A DNA stretch of 10,556 bases from Candidatus Odinarchaeota archaeon. Lineage in GTDB: Archaea; Asgardarchaeota; Odinarchaeia; Odinarchaeales; Odinarchaeaceae. The notes below the pieces were generated by a model. The model was given only the letters and a program-made list of their open reading frames with translations, made no database searches and was not told the DNA's origin. The position numbers and the translations under genes are program-made. Every line of letters starts with the position of its first letter. Position 1 is the stretch's first letter. Of this stretch, positions 7,840 to 10,556 are shown one piece after another. Where the stretch lies: assembly GCA_038826135.1 (NCBI GenBank), contig JAWBON010000038.1, positions 1 to 10,556 of the forward strand, in the 5' to 3' direction.

Positions 7840-7975
7840 TATAATGTAAAAAGGAATTCACTCGCATAAACCCGTTTAGATCGAAACTGTCAGTAGACTT
7901 TTCAATAATATTTATTTAGAAGCTTAAGTATATTAGCACATAAACATATAAAATATTTTTAGAGGTGTATTAAAT

Positions 7976-8125
7976 ATGAGTGAAGGTAAGGAGAAGAAGA
8001 AGGGAAGGGCGGAAAAAGCAGGTGAAGCTGCTGGAAAAGGCTTAAAAAAAGGATGGGATAAGACTAAAGCCGCGGGGCGTGGTTTGAAGAAGGGTTTTAA
8101 GAAAGCGGTTAAAGAAGAAGAGTAA
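7976..8125 (+). CDS. Small Lys/Gly/Ala/Glu-rich protein, 49 aa, not in the ORF track: MSEGKEKKKGRAEKAGEAAGKGLKKGWDKTKAAGRGLKKGFKKAVKEEE
   Basis: ATG 7976 to TAA 8123-8125, translated by hand. SD GAGGTG at 7962-7967, an internal repeat, a purine-rich GC island in AT-rich flanks, and a hairpin plus oligo-T directly after the stop. Confidence 0.82.
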   Translation: MSEGKEKKKGRAEKAGEAAGKGLKKGWDKTKAAGRGLKKGFKKAVKEEE

Positions 8126-8163
8126 AAACTAGTATTTTTAATCTAGTTTTTTTAATTTTTTTT
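8124..8163 (+). terminator. Oligo-T terminator with AT-rich hairpin after the 49-aa gene
   Basis: AAAAACTAG (8124-8132) pairs with CTAGTTTTT (8143-8151). T7 at 8147-8153 and T8 at 8156-8163. Confidence 0.65.
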
Positions 8164-8483
8164 AAATAGTTACAGATAATCAGGTATAACTATTAAAACA
8201 GCTATTAATAACCTTGTACATCTTAATTATAGGTCTGTCGCACATCTAAACTTTGGAGTTCTGGACGATGGTTTTGTAAGTGAAGATATGATGTATTGTA
8301 TATTAAGCTGTAATATATTTTTAACTTACATATTGATGAAGTTTAGCAGGGGAAGTTGACCACTTATCTCTATCGGAAAAGCCTTCAGCCGTTAGCGTTA
8401 AATACGCTCTATTTTTAAAATACACTAATGTTTTTTAATCACTGTTCGACATATTTATTTTAAAAACATGTTGAGGGTGGCAT

Positions 8484-9068
8484 ATGAAGAAATCTTTTGG
8501 AGCTAAACCGTTTTTAATCCCCACGCCTGTTTGGATAGTCGGATCATATGATGCTGAGAGTAAACCTAACATTATGGCGGTCGCTTGGAGTGGAATATGC
8601 TCTTCGAAGCCGCCGTGCGTTACAGTATCGCTTAGAAAAGCAACATACACTTATCATAATATTAAGGCTAGAAAAGCGTTCACAGTGAACGTTCCCTCTA
8701 AAGATTTTCTATGGCAGTCAGATTTTGCAGGGATATTCTCCGGGAGGGAAGTTGATAAATTCGCGAGCACAGGTCTGACACCTGTAAAAAGCGATTTAGT
8801 TGACGCGCCATATGTTAAAGAGTTCCCGCTTATAGCTGAATGTAAACTTATTCAAACTCATGAAGTTGGTATTCACACAATGTTTATCGGAGAAATACTT
8901 GACATAAAAGTGGATGAGCACGCTCTTAATGAGAAGGGTTTACCTGAATGGGATATGATAATGCCATTCATGTATTCCCCTATTAATTCAAAATACTACG
9001 GTTCCAGTGTCTCTATCGGTGACGCATATTGCATAGGGGAGAGACCGGTGGTGAGAAAAACCAGGTAA
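8484..9068 (+). CDS. Flavin reductase-like FMN-binding protein (flavoredoxin / DIM6-NTAB family), 194 aa
   Basis: PTPVWIVGSYD, PNIMAVAW, SKPP, FTVNVP, SGREVDKF, APYVKEFPLIAECKL and HTMFIGEILD match the split-barrel flavin reductase pattern. SD GAGGGTGG upstream. Confidence 0.88.
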   Translation: MKKSFGAKPFLIPTPVWIVGSYDAESKPNIMAVAWSGICSSKPPCVTVSLRKATYTYHNIKARKAFTVNVPSKDFLWQSDFAGIFSGREVDKFASTGLTPVKSDLVDAPYVKEFPLIAECKLIQTHEVGIHTMFIGEILDIKVDEHALNEKGLPEWDMIMPFMYSPINSKYYGSSVSIGDAYCIGERPVVRKTR

Positions 9069-9164
9069 TAATATTAGACCTTTAACGTTAACAGAGCCCT
9101 GGTGAAATTGAGGTTAATCCCCAGTAATATTTTAGAATTATACATGCTTCAGGACGATGCTGAT

Positions 9165-10403
9165 ATGAGGGGGGGTGCTTTCAAGAACGGCGTCTCTAAA
9201 CGGCAGCGGACTCCCCCGTTAAATATTATTTTTATAACTTTATTGGTTGACTCAATAGGCTACGGATTAGTTATTCCATTAATTCCTTTTTATGCTTTAG
9301 AATTCGGCGCCAACTCTACACTTCTAGGGGTTTTAGTCTCATCCTTTGCCTTAATGCAATTCTTCTTCGCGCCTTTTCTGGGGCGCCTATCCGATAGAAT
9401 AGGCAGGAGGCGTGTATTACTATATTCGCTTCTATTCTCTGTAATCAGCTTCATTATTTTCACAACAGCGAATTCATTTATAATGCTGTTATGCTCTAGG
9501 CTAATAGCGGGGATGGCTACCGAGTACGGTGTCGCTTACGCTTATATTTCAGATATAACAGGTGAAAAATCCAGAACCTCAGCTCTCGGAAAGGTTGGAG
9601 CAGCATCTAATATAGGTATAATACTGGGTCCGGCTATCGGCGGTTTTATCAATATATATGGGCGTTTCTGGCTTCCAGGCTTAGCTGCTACAGCTCTGAC
9701 TCTTTTAAATCTGGTTTTTATATATTTATTTCTACCCGAAACCGTTAAATTAAAAGACGGTGATCCTGTTAACTATAAAATGTTTAAACCAGCTTCTTAT
9801 ATTAAAGAAATTCAAGTTTTACTTAAATCTTCGGCTATCGGCCCGGCTCTTGGAATTATTTTTGCTATGGCGTTCGCATTCGCAGCGATGCCTGTTGTAC
9901 TGCCGCTTTACAGCTGGGATGTATTTGGTTTAGGTGAGGCTGCTGTGGGAATCTTCTTCGCATATATCGGTATCCTAGGATTTATAATCCAGTTTATACT
10001 GGTAGGACGGCTTTCTAAAAAAATAGGTGATGACATTATTATTTTATCAGGTGTAATTTTAACTGTTACCGGCGTTTTCTCTCTACCCTTACTTCCTAGC
10101 ATAATATTGTTTATGACAGGGATAACAGTTGTGTCGATAGGCGTGTTCCTGGCTGATGTTGCAATATCTAGTTTTCTATCTAAGAAAACAAACCCTGAAA
10201 ATTACGGCATAACTATGGGTGTATCTGAATCTATGAGCAGTATCGCTCGAATACCTGGACCTATCATCGCCGGCTTAACCTATCAGCTTGCTTTATTCGC
10301 TCCATTCTTTGTAGCCGGGTTTCTGCTACTGATTGCTTTATGCCTAGGAGTCTTTATAATAATAAAAGAGCTTAGGAATAGAAAAGACGCTTCTTTAAGC
10401 TGA
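9165..10403 (+). CDS. MFS transporter, TetA/DHA1-like drug:H+ antiporter family
   Basis: TM1 FITLLVDSIGYGLVIPLIP, motif A GRLSDRIGRRRVL, motif B SRLIAG, antiporter motif C GIILGPAIGG, and about 12 hydrophobic segments. Start uncertain: GTG 9102, ATG 9144 or ATG 9165. Confidence 0.88.
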   Translation: MRGGAFKNGVSKRQRTPPLNIIFITLLVDSIGYGLVIPLIPFYALEFGANSTLLGVLVSSFALMQFFFAPFLGRLSDRIGRRRVLLYSLLFSVISFIIFTTANSFIMLLCSRLIAGMATEYGVAYAYISDITGEKSRTSALGKVGAASNIGIILGPAIGGFINIYGRFWLPGLAATALTLLNLVFIYLFLPETVKLKDGDPVNYKMFKPASYIKEIQVLLKSSAIGPALGIIFAMAFAFAAMPVVLPLYSWDVFGLGEAAVGIFFAYIGILGFIIQFILVGRLSKKIGDDIIILSGVILTVTGVFSLPLLPSIILFMTGITVVSIGVFLADVAISSFLSKKTNPENYGITMGVSESMSSIARIPGPIIAGLTYQLALFAPFFVAGFLLLIALCLGVFIIIKELRNRKDASLS

Positions 10404-10444
10404 AATTTCCTAATTATGAAAAATACTATGATGGAACATGCATG

Positions 10445-10555
10445 TTACTCTACTATCTTTCGACCGCAAAAAGGGCAGAAAGAAGCTTTACTATTTACTG
10501 TTGAACCGCAGTGAGGGCAAATAACGTTTTCAACCTTTTTTTCAGAAGTCTCGCT
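10445..10555 (-). CDS. 3' end of a protein with a C-terminal zinc ribbon (CPHCG...FCPFCG); the gene starts beyond the right edge; not in the ORF track
   Basis: The minus-strand frame is open from 10555 and reads SETSEKKVENVICPHCGSTVNSKASFCPFCGRKIVE*, with the stop at 10445-10447. The CxxCG-x9-CxxCG pattern is the common archaeal zinc_ribbon_2-type motif. Confidence 0.8.
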   Translation of the reverse strand, partial: SETSEKKVENVICPHCGSTVNSKASFCPFCGRKIVE

Positions 10556-10556
10556 C

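Noticed and set aside
8356-8411. EKPSA...AL-coding stretch resembling the TopA N-terminus (TEKPSA) after an SD and TTG
   Set aside because: It needs a frameshift to join the start, similarity stops after five residues, and a 5-aa match is expected by chance across six frames of 10 kb. Not enough to call a topA remnant.
8435-8650. 71-aa minus-strand ORF
   Set aside because: Mostly antisense to the flavin reductase gene; no motif.
9169-9175. G7 tract at the 5' end of the MFS gene as a phase-variation switch
   Set aside because: The frame is intact, the tract is short, and the start codon is uncertain. There is no evidence of length variation.
9908-10102. 64-aa minus-strand ORF
   Set aside because: Antisense shadow of the MFS gene.
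10435-10446. Perfect 12-bp palindrome AACATGCATGTT between convergent genes
   Set aside because: A few 12-bp palindromes are expected by chance per 10 kb. It has no loop for a hairpin and lies at gene ends, not a promoter.
1-10556. CRISPR array, tRNA/rRNA, IS or integrase, intein
   Set aside because: No regularly spaced repeats, cloverleaf, transposase/recombinase motifs or intein-sized insertions were seen by eye.

Overview
AT-rich archaeal chromosomal window. The archaeal call is an inference from the MptE-type kinase, archaeal-style topoisomerase IA, GAGGTG/GGTGG-type Shine-Dalgarno sites and oligo-T terminators; a TACK or Asgard origin is a guess. Left, + strand: 5'-truncated mptE, topA, and a 74-aa CxxC-x7-CxxH protein coupled to topA by a TAATG overlap. 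Centre, - strand: a MacB/LolE-type permease and LolD-like ATPase, followed by a complete tungstate transporter tupA-tupB-tupC. A palindrome with ModE-box geometry sits just upstream of tupA. Right, + strand: a 100-aa orphan helical protein, a 49-aa Lys/Gly-rich repeat peptide missed by the ORF track (strong SD and terminator), a flavoredoxin-like flavin reductase and a TetA/DHA1-type MFS transporter. At the right edge is the 3' end of a - strand zinc-ribbon gene, also missed by the track. No rRNA, tRNA, CRISPR array or mobile element was seen. Best leads: the topA-coupled zinc-finger microprotein, the ModE-like operator, and the 49-aa amphipathic peptide.
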